From assembly GCA_002269645.1 (NCBI GenBank), contig NIVC01002857.1, positions 1 to 64,000 of the forward strand: 64,000 nt of DNA. The letters are read 5' to 3'. A program made the translations under genes and the position numbers. The stretch is from Macrostomum lignano. Taxonomy: Eukaryota. Shown one piece after another: positions 45,129 through 58,881 of this stretch (the stretch's first letter is position 1; each line of letters opens with the position of its first letter). The notes below the pieces were generated by a model. It was not told the DNA's origin, did not search any database, and was given only the letters and a program-made list of their open reading frames with translations.

Positions 45129-46420
45129 TACATGTTCAGGGCCTATAGGACACTTCTCGGACTGAGTGTCTGAAAGCCACAGAGTTCCCTTATATTATTG
45201 TTATAACAAAAAATGAAGTTGCATCTGTCTTATAATGGGCGTTGCTAGCACTTTCGGCGTTAAGAACTATGGTATGTCGGGTTTGTGATAATCTGGTTTA
45301 TGATTTGAAGTGCTTTTGATGTTGTGATATTTCGGGTTTGTGATGCCCACATTCCCGAAAACCAGCAAAGGCAAGAAACGAATCTTATCAGAAAATAGTA
45401 AACAGAAGAAATTAATAATAGTCAACCATTAATTGTGGACGCCATTGAGCAGGCATGACATTATATGCAATAAAAGCAGCAGGTTGTTTTTACTAAATTT
45501 ATTAAACTGAGTCCAGTCAGTATCACCACCTGAATTGAGTTTAAATACAAATCAAATCGGCCTAAAAATTAATTAGTTTCTTAATTAACAGCAATATACA
45601 ACTGGTGTGTACACGTAGCTACAAGTGACCTTCAAATTTTCATTGAACACTGAAGTGATTTAGGCTCAATAATATGATGATAATTTAGCACACAGAGCCT
45701 AGACAACGCATTGCTATAGATACGCCAGTTTAGGACACAAGCACACAAAAAGCAAGTTAATTTTTTCACTAGACACTACTGAGATGGCAGTGACAAGTAG
45801 TAAGCAGTGACAAAGTGAGGAAATGACAATTCGTTAGATCGAAGTAAAAAATGCAATTTAACGCAGAGCGCGCCGGCACTAGAGAAAATACAAAACCAAA
45901 AACTTTAGAGATAAAAATTAATTTTGCAAGGTAAAAAAACCTATTCACCCACTGACACTGGAACATAGTGTTTTTATACATGCAAGTCACAAATTTAGAA
46001 CTTGTATATTTTATTAACTACGCTGGAGACAATGATTGAACATTACCAATAGCTTCTAGCCAAATAAATGATTGTGCGTTTAAGCGATTCGAAAAAACAA
46101 TAAAATTCTGAAACACAAACTGTACACCGACTTGCAGAGCGCGAAACAAACGGTTTTAAGGCGAGCAGTATAATTAATTAATTAAAATAGATGGTGTTCA
46201 TTTTGATGCTTACAGTATTTTCATTAACAACATGACAGCACATTATAATCAGACTGTAAGGCAAACTAGCTCTCGCACTGAGACCACTCGGACCAAGGGG
46301 AAGTGCTATTTTTAAGACTTTTCGAATTGAAAACTAAAGTAGCTAGATTTGTTAAAAATGCAATTTAAATCAAGTTAATTCGGATTGCAAATTAAGGGCG
46401 GCAAAGATGCACTTTAGTTG

Positions 46421-47146
46421 AAGGACAGAACCGGAAGTTGCGGAACCCATTAAAGGACAGAACCGGAAGAAATAGAACCCATTGAAAGACAGAACCGGAA
46501 GTAATAGAACCCATTAGAGAACAGAACCGGAAGTAATGGAACCCGTTAGAGAACAGAACCAGAAGTAATGGAACCCATTAGAGAACAGAACCGGAAGTAA
46601 TGGAACCCGTTAGAGAACAGAACCGGAAGCAATGGAACCCGTTAGAGAACAGAACCGGAAGTAATGGAACCCGTTAGAGAACAGAACCGGAAGTAATGGA
46701 ACCCGTTAGAGAACAGAACCGGAAGTAATGGAACCCGTTAGAGAACAGAACCGGAAGTAATGGAACCCGTTAGAGAACAGAACCGGAAGTAATGGAACCC
46801 GTTAGAGAACAGAACCGGAAGTGGCGGAAACTTATTAAAAGACAGAACCGGAAGTTGCGGAACCCATAAAAGGACAGAACCGGAAGTAATGGAACCCATT
46901 AGAGAACAGAACCGGAAGTAATGGAACCCGTTAGAGAACAGAACCGGAAGTAATGGAACCCGTTAGAGAACAGAACCGGAAGTAATGGAACCCGTTAGAG
47001 AACAGAACCGGAAGTGGCGGAAACTTATTAAAAGACAGAACCGGAAGTTGCGGAACCCATTAAAGGACAGAACCGGAAGTAAGGGAACCCATTAGAGAAC
47101 AGAACCGGAAGTGGCGGAACTTATTAAAGGACAGAACCGGAAGTAG
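46421..47146. repeat. ~32-bp minisatellite GAACAGAACCGGAAGTAATGGAACCCGTTAGA
   Basis: Direct inspection, ~22 units, ending ~45 bp from the RYBP stop codon. Confidence 0.96.
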
Positions 47147-47191
47147 CGATACAAGTCTTCTCGGATGAATATAAAGTCGCATACAAATTCA

Positions 47192-48145
47192 TCAATCAAA
47201 TTTTTGCGGCGATATCTGTGGCGGCGATTCCGACCGTCTGTCAATGGAATCTGTCTCCTCATCCAGCATGCCAGACGAGACCGCTGGGGCGGGTGCGCCA
47301 GACGCCGAATGTACATCTTCGTTAGTAAGCGACGGTGGCGGCAAATTCGTCGAAGTCAAAAGCGAATTCGGCATCGGAGGCGAAGAAATCGATGTAGAAG
47401 AATCGTCCGCATGATCACCTGTAGCTGCTGCATTAGAAGAAGATTCCATTGCAACAGATCGCTTCGACTTGGCAACAGCCGATGCCACACTTGTTTTCGG
47501 TTTAAAATCCGTAATAATAACTGTCACTCCGTTAGCAGTGACGGGAATGTGCCTGGCTGTTGATCTGTCAACATTTCTTAATCTGGGCAGCTTCTGGTGA
47601 TGATGATGATTGCGCGCGCTGCCTAGACTGATAGCGCCGGAGCCCTTACGAAAGGCGCCGCCGCCACCGCCGCTAGTTGGGTGCTTGGCGCCGCCGGAGG
47701 AGAGTCGAGGCAGAGACCGACTGCCGCTCTGGTCGGACTCGGCGTCACCACCGTGATCACCGGCGCCACCGGGAGCCCCGGCTCCGGCACTGCCTCCGCC
47801 TCGGAGAATAGCGCTCTGGATCATCTCCTGCATCTCCACTACCTGCGGATTTAACCTCGGCTTCCTTGTCGATGTGCCTTTCCTAGTGTCGCAGATCATG
47901 CATTTGAACGACTCCGCCGGATTGCTATAGGTGCAGACACTGCAATCCCAGTTCGATTGCTGCTGATTGCCTACTGAGCCAGACGATTGCTGGCCATGGT
48001 GATGATGCCGAAGCTTGTGATGCTGCGACGGCACATTGGCCGTATTTGTTGATGAAGCATTCGATGCTGAGTCATCTCCGGCATCTGACGCTGCCATCGA
48101 TGAAGACTTTCGTTTGGAGCCAGTTCTAGTGCCTGCTGAAGACAT
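47192..48145 (-). CDS. RYBP: RYBP/YAF2-like Polycomb (non-canonical PRC1) subunit, 317 aa, uninterrupted ORF
   Basis: RanBP2/NZF zinc finger [34 protein letters not shown], plus the C-terminal YAF2_RYBP motif [35 protein letters not shown] and YAF2 cannot be distinguished. Confidence 0.93.
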   Translation of the reverse strand: MSSAGTRTGSKRKSSSMAASDAGDDSASNASSTNTANVPSQHHKLRHHHHGQQSSGSVGNQQQSNWDCSVCTYSNPAESFKCMICDTRKGTSTRKPRLNPQVVEMQEMIQSAILRGGGSAGAGAPGGAGDHGGDAESDQSGSRSLPRLSSGGAKHPTSGGGGGAFRKGSGAISLGSARNHHHHQKLPRLRNVDRSTARHIPVTANGVTVIITDFKPKTSVASAVAKSKRSVAMESSSNAAATGDHADDSSTSISSPPMPNSLLTSTNLPPPSLTNEDVHSASGAPAPAVSSGMLDEETDSIDRRSESPPQISPQKFD

Positions 48146-48483
48146 CCTTGTGTTTAATTTCCTAACTACTAGTTAGTAGTATAGTGAGTGGTTAATGTGT
48201 TTATAAGTTTGAGTTCTTAGTTGAAGGAGCATGAATTGAAAGATGCAGTTTGCCAAAATTAAAAAATCTAATAAGCCATATAGGAATAAATGTTCAAATT
48301 GAGACCCATAAATTTATGCAATTTTTTGTATTAATGATTTGCTAAAAAAAGAAGAACCAGATGTCTATTTACACTTCACTTCTTCCAATAGGACTTAGAA
48401 GTCCTAAAATTTTATTATATTTCTGAATTACTGGTTTTATTAAACCAATATTTTTTATGCTTCAATTATATTAAACTTGTGAT

Positions 48484-51400
48484 CAGTGGCATAGGCAAGG
48501 GGGGATATGGGGATGTATCCCCCCCCCGTGGGCCTGGTTGGTGGGTGTAAGAAATTACTAAATCTCTAAAGTATGTATTCAATACTGATACTGATGTGAT
48601 TACTGTACTGTTAGTGTTATTAATTTTGTCGATATATACTACATTTGATTCTTACAGCTGAATGGAATTCTAATCCAAAAACTGTCTAATAATATAACAT
48701 GAATTTGAAAGATACAAGTAGCACAATAAAAATTCCTTCCTAGTTTTGCCTCTACCTCTGGCTTAGTCTTGGAAAAGAGTGTGAGGCTCAAGAGAGAGGA
48801 AGAGAGTCAGAGTGTGGGACTGAGGGGTGAGGGCAGGGTAGTTGGTTGTATGCTCGTATATGTACATTGTGATTGTACATCCTATATACGACCCCTATAT
48901 GTACATCTTCAGTTCTTCACCCTCCCGAGTCCCAACCCCAAGGCCCAACCCCCCCGCCAAGTGAAATATACTTCAGCTTGACTACCATAGTATTCTGGAG
49001 GCACTGACTATAGTATGGCTCCACCTCCAACAAAACAATCGAAGATAGATTGATTTTTTTCTCACAACAATCGCTGCACAGCCAGAACTCATCTGTACCT
49101 GTATCTACTACAAGGTCAACTACAGAAATAACGACTACTGCTACTGTTTGTGCTATCTCTGGTTTACATGGAGATGGAAATGCAGAGTACATAGGCCTGG
49201 ACTCTGTCCCTGTTGCTGCTCCTGCTTTGGAAGTGTTGCCTGTGAGTGTAAATTCTGTCTCTCCACCTAAGCCGCCACCACCTTCCACTGAGATTGCTGC
49301 TCCAGATATCTACGATGCTGTGCAGCTTCGAATGCAAGGCAAGCTATCTGCTGAACATTGTCGCTTTTTCATGAAAGAAGTACTAAACGTTTCTGAGAGC
49401 TACAAGCTTCCTTTCACTGAGGGAACGAGGCAGAAGTATAGGCTACACCATTATCATCTCAATGGAGTGAATAGCTATTTCTAATTTTCACCAAAGCAGC
49501 AGGGAGTCTTCTGTCTACCTTGTGTACTTTTTGCACCCTCAACTGGCATTGGTGAGAGAAACAAACAAGAGCTTGGTCAGCTCGTAACAACACCAGCTAC
49601 CAACTTCAAGAAGATTACGGAGATTTACACTAAGCATCGTAATTGTCACTACCACCAGCAAGCATGTGATACATTCCGCCAGGTTGAATTGCAAGCAGCC
49701 ACAAATGCTGCTGATGTGTCAGCGCAAATGAAGACATCAGCTAGTGTAGCCCTACTGGATAACCAGTATATATTTGAGGCTGTCATCCAAGCAATCAAAT
49801 ACCTTGGGCGCACAAACCAGGGTCTGCGTGGCCATCGTGAAGATGCAGGAAGATTAAAGGTTCCCGACGGACATGAACATGTCGATTACACACAAGGAAA
49901 TTTGCGAGCTTTACTTCAGAGAGATGCTGTCAAAGATAAAAACTAGCAAGTCTCCTGGAGAGTAGACCTCTCAATTCCACTGGCCTTTCACCTGCCGTAC
50001 AAAATAGGCTAATAGACTGCATTAACACTGTAATGACTCGCGCAGTTGTTCAGCCAATTAAATCATTCTATGCCATTATTGTCAATGGAACAAGTGATAT
50101 TGCACGTTCTGAGCAACTCTCAATCACGATTCGCTATGTCAACAATGATGGAGATGTTCAAGAGCGCTTTATTGGCTTTGTAGAACTAAAGGAACAAGAT
50201 GCTCCTGCAATTGTTGATGCCATTGATGCAAAGCTGGAGCTCTTGCAACTAGACAAGTCACTTCTTGTTGCGCAAGGCTACAACGGTGCTTTGGTTATGA
50301 GTGCTGAAGGTGGTGTTCAAGGTCGAATTCAAAGAACATGCCCTAATGCTATCTACATCCACTGCTATAGTCACTGTCTCAATCTTTGCACCAGGGCAAC
50401 AGTAGACAGCAAGCGAGGCATTCAGGAACTGAAGAGTGCGTATGCCACACTTGATGCTGCATCCAAGCACTTCTCACATTCAGCAGTTAGGACAAAAAAG
50501 TTTGCTGAACTTGTCGTGGCTAAGCAGAGTGATGCCACACAGACAGAGCACCTCAAGATGCGATTGAAGCCATTCTGCCCAACACGGTTCATGAACAGTA
50601 TAGATTGCGTCTCTGACTTTCTGGCAGTCTTTGATGTGGCTGCAGAGTACTTTAATTCTGCGGACCTGTCTGTGTACAACAACATCGTCAACGCAGTGAC
50701 TATTGTTGGCATTCATGTCCTTCAAGCACTGCTCGGTTCAATGCGTGGTCTTTCAGTCGTACTTCAGGCAAGTGCTTCTATCAGATTTATGGAAATTTGA
50801 TTTTTAATTGCTCTTTTTGTATATTAAAGTTGCTTTAAGTTTAATTAGTTAAGGGAATAGAAAATTAGTTAGTTTTTATAATTAACTTTGCCTTTCACTG
50901 AAGGGTGGGTGTTGGATTGTCGGTCTGTTAGATAGATAGAACCATGCAAATTGCAAAATGTTACGCATTATGATATGCCTGCACGATGTCAAGTTCATGT
51001 CATATTAATATTTATGGTTTTTTGTATGTGCATTTGGCTAATCTCATTTTCAACTTTTTTCATCACAGGGGAAGGCCTTGGACCTCATTGTTGCTAGCAA
51101 GGAGGCTGATTGAGTTCTCTAACTTCTAAAGACTTGGCGAAGTGACAGTTCGGATGCAAAATTCAAAAAGCGGTTTGAAGCTGCCGTCAGACTTCATAAG
51201 CAACATAATGACGATCAGCCAATTCCAAATAAGGCTGAGCAAAGTACCATGACCATCTCTGACACAATCAAGCGCTGCAATAAGGGTCTTTGGCCAAACA
51301 TCCATGACCTACTGACGATCTTTCTCACTATCCCAGTGACAACTTGCATAGCTGAAAGATCATTTAGTATGCTTTGTCTTTTGAAGACCCATACCAGGTC

Positions 51401-51944
51401 AACCATGGGCGAGAACCAGCTGAACGGACTTGCAATGCTGTCAGTGCACAAAGACATTCAACTGCCATACAAGCGTGTGATTGGCATTTTGACACTTGCC
51501 TGTGGCTGTTGTAATTGTAATTGTGAACTCTTTACTGTGTCAGACTGCCAGTTTGTTGTTTTTATTTTGCATATTGCTCTATAGCTCTAAAATATATTGG
51601 TGCTACATTGATTAGAAAGCAAAATATTATTGAAAAGCAAAATTGATACATTGGAAAGCATAGTCAGCATAGTGCATGCTAGTGCAGCAAGTAAAAAACG
51701 CTTTTCATTTACTTAAGCATTCAGTAGAAAGAATTTTTTCTATTTTCTTCACTAAATTGTGCGATTTTCATCGAATTAGAAACTTGACTGGCTGTTCATA
51801 GCTATCTATCACCTACATATTTGATTTATAGCACTTAATTTTCTTGTGAACTGTCATTGGGCCAGCAAGCTGTACAAGTAGCAGTAGCTTTACTTATTTA
51901 TATCCTTGCACCCCCCCTGTGAGAAATTCCTGGCTATGCCCCTG
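48484..51944 (+). mobile_element. Decayed hAT DNA transposon (ZMYM1/PRKRIR-type transposase), 3461 bp
   Basis: Exact 8-bp TSD CTTGTGAT at 48476-48483 and 51945-51952; TIRs CAGTGGCATAG / CTATGCCCCTG. Transposase pieces: FCLPCVLF, LRGHRED, EQLSITIRYV..ERFIGF, IHCYSHCLNL and the dimerisation motif IPVTTCIAERSFS..LKTHTRSTM..LNGLAML. Several stops. Confidence 0.95.
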
Positions 51945-54191
51945 CTTGTGATAGGCATTTAACTGATTTTTCAACTTTGTTAAAGCAATAATTAGACATG
52001 GAATATACAGTAAAGTCTAAAATATAAAAAGAAAATAAAAAACTAGAAGCCTTTTAAAAATAAAAAACAATTTTAATGCTAGAATTTCTAAAGTTAATTA
52101 AAATAAGTCTGAAACTTGACAAAAGGCCTTTATAATTCTATGCCTTATATTCAAGTTAAAGTTAATAAAATCATCTCCAATAATAAATTTTAGACTTCCT
52201 TGCCTTAGAAGTTTTTGTATTTTCATTTTGTATCATTTTTTTTGTTTTTAATTGATGAATAGAAGGGATCACAAATGAATTGAAGAAATTAGGGAGAAAT
52301 AGGAATTAGGGGATTAAGGACTGACAATGTTGCGTTTGAAGAGTTGAGAGTTTTGGGGGTTGTGGGATTTAGGATAGGATAACACATGGCATATCTTGAA
52401 GAAATGTAGGGATGCTTGAGCCATTGAAAGCATATTGTGCTTAGATTAAGTTGTGAGGCTTTTGGAGCCTTGGAGGCTTTAGGAGAAGTGAAATATTATA
52501 AATTGAGTTTATAAAACATGGATTTGAGGGCACTAATTCTTACAAATCTGGAGGGGTGAGGTGAGGTTGGCATTTAGTTTAGATACATTTCATTTGACAA
52601 GAAGTAAAGATGCAAGCCTAATGGTCAAGGGCTGCTAAAAGGAATAGGGCTAGATATCAAATATTATGTCTTTCTATACAGGTTTAATTGTTGCAATTCA
52701 TTGCTTCATTGAAAGCAACTTTAATGAATATGGCCAATAATTTGATCATAGTGGTTGAACTTTTTGTCTATGAATAAATTAATCACTGTTTCTTTAAATA
52801 TATTCTACTTATAAATGAAAAATAAAAGTCAGTGTACATTTATAATTATATTGATAGCAGTTTAATGTAGAATAAATTCATTTATGCCTAATTATCAAAA
52901 TCAACACTATTTATTAACAAGTGATGGATAGTAAGGTAAGCATGTGTGGGATTATAGAATAGAATCTTCCATCTTAGTCCCTTTAAAAAAGCAGGGAATA
53001 ATTAGTAACAGGTATTTGCTATAGACGTAGGCCTAGTATTTGGCCATATCAAACTAGTATTCTCTAGTAACTAGGCCTAACTATAGGCCTAGACAAAATT
53101 GATATAGGCCTACTGCCACATCTTACACTTCTGTAAGTTAAAATATTTATTCCCAGTAATGAGCAGTCACTAGGACCTATATTTTGAAAAATAATTAAAT
53201 GTGTGAAACTAGACTAGAGTATTGACCTAGGGCAGCTAGGGCCTAGTGTATTTTTTATATAAAATATAAAAAACTAAGCCTGAGATCTTTTGCTAGTGCT
53301 AGTATGAAAAATCAAAGTCAAGGTGACAAGGTATAATATAAGGATGCAATTTTTAAAGTCAGGATGTTATACTGCAACAGCATAAAATTATTGATAGCAT
53401 CCCTATTATTGCACAAAAATAAACCTAGGAAACTAGGATAGAAGATAGGCCCCCTAGTTAGGTAGGCAAGACTAGAGGTCTGCAAGGTAAATTTCTACTG
53501 GGCAAACAGGTCTCCTCTTAGGCCTGTGCTGTATAGGCATGTATAAATATGTCTTCATACTGTCAAGCAACAACAATGCAACACTTTAGGGTTGATTTGC
53601 TAATAACCTAATGACTATTGTTCCAATGCTAGGCCTAACTCCCTACCCTAAGCATGTGAGGTTCCTGGCAGACATTATAAACGATAGTATTAAATATCCT
53701 TCCGAGTATCTGTCTCGACACCCACGCATCAAGCACCAGCTAAGCAAGTAGGCAAGCAGCAACAAGGCCTTTTTAACGATGTGACCGTTAAAGAACACTC
53801 GTTTTTTTAAATTAACTTTCCAAGAAAAATAACAAGCAAACAAAAAAGGTTAAGAAGTAAATAAGAAATATTTTTAGAACCAAAATACAATGGTTTTTAA
53901 CCATTAGTAAGTTTTATTTCCTAAAATGGTGAATACAGTGTATTTAAATGATAAAAAACTTTATTATGTCTGCTGCTTATTAATGTTTCCTCTTCAATTG
54001 TTGATCTATTAAATATACATTTCTATAAAAATCCAAACCGAATGCATGAAAAACTGTCATGTAATACTGTACATAAAATATACAGAATGCAAGCGAAAAG
54101 CCATAATTTTTACGTGCAACAGCTAGTATGTATTAGAGATGGGTGTAATTAAAATTGTTTAAAGAAATTGAATACATGTACGTATTCATAA

Positions 54192-57100
54192 CAACAACAA
54201 CAAATTACAACAACCCTGGGCAAGCCAAGTTGGGTTGCTGTCAAAAAGGCGCGCGCAAGCGCAGATTTACGCAGAATAGCGAGTCCGCGAGGGTCAGAGA
54301 TTTCAGCGTCTTTTACAAGCAGGTCGACGAAACGAAGACTTCTCGTCTGACCAAGCCGCCGCGGCCCTTGAAGGGATGTACATTGTATAGCAGCAGCACG
54401 TCATGAAGCGGCTCAGGGCACTACTGCTCTGCCCGGATAGCGTGGCCAACCAGCTGTTAGGCGCCGGATGTGCAGCAGGAGACTGGGTCGTCAGTGCTGC
54501 TCGTCATTGCTGATGTTTGGTGGTGGCGGATCGGCGAGTAGTGCAGGACACCGAAGGCGGCTTTCAGGAGTTGCCGCTCCTGCGGGCCGGTCAGTGTCCA
54601 CGTTTCAGCATTGTTAAGTAGTATGGTTTCTATGACGACCTGATCGAACAGCCGCCCTCTCAGCCGATCCGGCAGCACGGGGCGGGGAATTAATGCGCCC
54701 CAGGCAAGCGCCCTGCGCTGTGCCATGTCATCCGTGATGCTTGGCACAAGACCGCCGAGGTAGACGAAATCTTTGCAGTGGGGCAGCAACGCCACCTGCC
54801 CGTTCGTGTAGCGGCAGTAGATCTCAGCTGGGAGGTCGTCGGCACGGTCAGCACCATTGTCTTTTTAGTGCTCACGGACAGTCCGATCGCAGCGGCCGCC
54901 GCCGTCAGCTGGTCCAGCAGGCGTTGAGCTCCTTCAGCTGTGCTAGACTGCAGCGCTAGATCGTCTGCGTAGGCTAGGACGGAGAGCCACTTCTCGGGGT
55001 GGTCTCCTGCTTGTTCTGCGGCGGAGCAAGAATCCTTTTTAGTCGTCGGGGAGGCCAGTGCGCAGTACCCAGTCCAAGACCAGGAAGAACAGAAATGGAG
55101 CCAAGGTGTCCCCTAGGAGAACGCCGGAGGACGTGTCGAAAAAATCGGAAAGGCCGGTGTCACAACTGCCGCCCTAGTCTCCTGGTACAGAGCTACATGT
55201 AAAACAGCCCTCACCAGCTGCTCAGGTACATAATACGCGCGCAAGTTGTTCGCGATGACCCGCCTCGACACCGAGTCAAAGGCCTTCAGGACGTCTACGA
55301 AGATGCAGATGATGGTCGAATGGTGGATGCAGGCCTCTTCTAAAATTCGACGCAGAGCGAGAATTTGGGTCACGGTGTCTCTGCCTGGCCGGAATCCGTT
55401 TTGCTCGCGCCGGAGGAACGGGTCCAGCACCGGCTGCAGCCGCGACAGCAGAACTCTGTTAAACAGCTTAGCCGTGCGGGACATTAGTGAAATCCCGCGA
55501 TGTTCTTCGATCTTGACGGAACCTGGTTTCTTTGGGATCCCGACGATATGCGCAGTCCGCCACTCAGCAGGGGCGGGCCCCCAGCTAGCACGTAGTTCAT
55601 CACTCGCGTGACTTCCAACACGACCTGCGGGATTCGCAGCACCTCGACAGGCACGTCGTCTGGTCCAGTAGCCTTGTTGCCAGGCGTCTTCTTTCACCTC
55701 GAAGACCTCGTCGATGGTGATGGGGCTGACGTTAATGGAGCTCTCCTCTGGCAGCTCAACCTCCGTGGGCAATGACATATTGTCCTTTTGCGGCGGAGGG
55801 GGCGCGTCGACGATACCAGAGAAGAAGGTCCGCAGCTCGTTTCGCCTCTCTTCGGGCGTGTCACCCGCCAGGTTCAGAGCTTCGCGTCTCTTGCGGCCTG
55901 TCAGCTGATTGATGACCGACCAGACGGCACGCGGTTTCTTGTCGGGACCGGCGTCCGTGATCTCCTGAATGACGGTCTCTACCTCGGTGCGTTGCCGGGC
56001 ATTAAATTTCTTCTCTAGATTCTCCTCTTCCTTCTCCGCGGGTGTCCGCTCCTCCGCAGTCTCTCCACTGTCAGCTGGGCCTGCCGCAGCACTTCGTCGT
56101 TCTGCCACACTGGCCGACTCCTTTCTGTTGGTTTCACCAGCGGTAGAGTTTTGGTAGCGGCGGCTTGGATGGCAGCACTGATGTCCGAGTACTTGGCTGG
56201 GGTTGTTGTATCCGGCCGTTCTTCCTCGGCCGGGTCGCGTAGGGCGCGGAAGTAGCGCTTCATGGCTGTTTTTTTCGGTGGTCGATATGGCGGGTCCCTC
56301 AGGCGCAGGTTGCAGTAGAGCAGCCTATGGTCTGACTGCACTGCCAACGGGGCCACTGTATCGCAGTTGGTCACTTGTCGTCGTTCTCGCTGGCGAAGCA
56401 GCACGTGGTCGAGCTGTGCGAGTATCTTCCTAGCAAATTTTCCGCACGCTTTCCGACCTGGCCGTTTAAAGCCAGCAAATGCTGCCAATCTGTGAAGCGG
56501 CTTCCTGAACAGCGTGTTTGCTGAGACCAGGTCGTGGCGGTCCATGAAATCCACTAGGGCATTAGTGTTGTTGTTTTCGCGTGGCGTTACAAAGCGGGCG
56601 CGCTCGGATCTTTGCATGACGGCGTTGAGATCTCCTAGTACCAGTACACTGTCGCATTGAGCGGTCTTCTCCAGCTGTGCTGACAGGAACTCCAGAACTC
56701 CTGTGCTCCTCTGGGTGCGCAGTCGTGGGCGCATAGGCACAAAAGAGCCGTATGTTACGCCTGCGGAGTCGAATGTCGACGCGCAGCGTGTACTTTTCTG
56801 AAGCCTCGGCCCTGTAACGAGCTAGAACGCCAATTCCTCCCCGACCTTTCGAGTCTGCTGATGTGTATTGCAGGAGCCAGCCGCCGCCTATAGGTGCTCC
56901 TGGTGAAGCCCAGGCTTGGGCTATGGGGAGCTATGGAGATGGAGAGCTCCTGCAGCATAATTACATCAAGTTGTAGGTCGCCTTCAAGCTGGGCCAAAAG
57001 ATGTTGTATTCACTTTGCTCGCAATGTTCGGCAGTTCCATGTAGCAATTCTGAGCTGTTGCTGTGCGCATTTTGGTTCGGCTGGGGTCCGGTGATTTTGA

Positions 57101-57425
57101 ACCTCACGGTCCCTGGCGCCACCCAGCGGATCCGCACCACCAGTTGGGAGGGGCAGGCTGCTTGCGGCTCGTCGCTCGCGTCCCCGAAGTCGACCACGGC
57201 GATTTCGCTCACGGCGCCGTTCTTTACTTCGACGCTCACTTCGGTGGCCTCGCCGAGTGGGTGGTGTGCCGCTCTTGGCAGCCGCAGCAGAAGCGCGGCT
57301 CTCCGTTGAGGTTGTGGAACGCACGGCTAGCATGCTTGGCGGCGGCATCAGGAGGCGGCGGCGCTATTTAAACGCTGAGCGTTTTTAAGACTGAAAATTA
57401 AATAGACTGCAATTCATATTCATAA
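54192..57425 (-). mobile_element. Near full-length degenerate non-LTR retrotransposon (RTE-like; APE endonuclease + RT)
   Basis: Endonuclease motifs IATWNCRTL, LQE, LGDLNA, LDHVL, SDHR. RT motifs IPKK, RGISL, QNGFRPGR, FVDVLKAFDS, LAYADD (~54960), FVYLG. (TTG)n-like 3' tail. Candidate TSD GTATTCATAA at 54182-54191 and 57426-57435. Multiple frameshifts. Confidence 0.9.
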
Positions 57426-58881
57426 GTATTCATAAGTACGAGCGTATTACACCGAGATCAGAGCAGCGTGAAGCACGCCCGCTGTTGTTTGCCGATATTC
57501 AATAATAAGAACAACAGAAAAAAATTAAATATGCTGTCAGGTCACACCCGCAGAATATTCTGCGGGTCATACACGCTCTATATGTGGAATAATAGAATGC
57601 TTAAAAACGCAGGCTGCGCCACCAAGCTGAATACCGAGGCGCCGGCATCAGCCAGCAGGCACTCTGGTAAGGGTGCAACTGATGAAGCCTTTTCACCAGC
57701 TCCAGCACCGAATGCAGACAGTAAGACTATAATGAAATGAATGGAAATGATTTGGCCTGCCAGCTGGAGTTGCTGTCGGAGCAGCAGGCCGTCGCACTGG
57801 CTACTCGCTCGTCGCTGATCTTGATGACGGCTCGCAGACTAGCTGCAGATCCTCGCTGACGAATTGGGAACCAAATAAGACGACGAATTGTTAACACCGC
57901 GGAAGTTCCAACTTCCACCGCCTGTCTATCAGGTCTGTCCAGCTGCTCTGGCAGGTCGCATCGTCTATACATGACATATGTGGTCACTGGCCTGCAGCTA
58001 TGCGGAGCTTCTGGACCTTAGCTGGTGGCAACAGGTAACTTGAAACATCCATGCAGTGGCAAAAACTGTTATGTCCGATTTCGCTGATCAAGCCTCAACA
58101 GTGAGCATTCCCAACTATAGCCCCTAAGCATTCAGTTATCATCCTGACGGGCTGTCAGCAACTTCAACGGATGGCCACAGGGCACCCGGTTGCGACTATA
58201 GTAGTTCTCTAGCATGTACATCTAAAGCTCGCATTGAGTTGAGGAAATCAAAAGGTCCTGAAAATGCATTACTAAACAATTTAGCGCTCCCATAAAATCC
58301 CATAATGGTAGAAATTACGATGACATTCAACTACATCGATATATGCATGCAGAAGACAATGATACAAAAAGTTACACATATGGTAACAAAATTAAATAGC
58401 TTTGTTTCAAATACTGAGTTAGTGAACTGGCATCTCGAAGCTACACACATTGAATCATGCAGTACAAATGAAGGTGTGTGTCTATAAAGTACTGCATGTG
58501 TAAATTGTACCCAAATTTTAGAAAAACAATTGCATCGATCACCCCATTTTCTCATAACGACATTTGTTAGTTTTCTCACAAAAAACCGGTAATAATAATC
58601 TCAGTTCAAACTGCGCCTTATTTATTACGCTATTTTTGTAACACACAGACCATATTTAACAGGTTTATCACTTGAGTGCGTCACTAATGGATTCCAGGCG
58701 CTATTCTGGGATAACAACTTGCCATGGGAAAGCTGCAAGGTGGTTACACGCGCCATTAAAGTTTTTCTATAAATTATCCTCACATTATTGTGTAAATCTT
58801 TACAGTTCGAATTCTTACGGTACGGTACAATTTAGCTCTATAGTTCTACATAGCCGTGCATTTGTGCAATTAGACAACAAT

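Noticed and set aside
57727-58260. GC-richer island with an 86-aa minus-strand ORF
   Set aside because: No recognisable motif, splice pattern or terminal repeats; cannot be supported as a gene or element.
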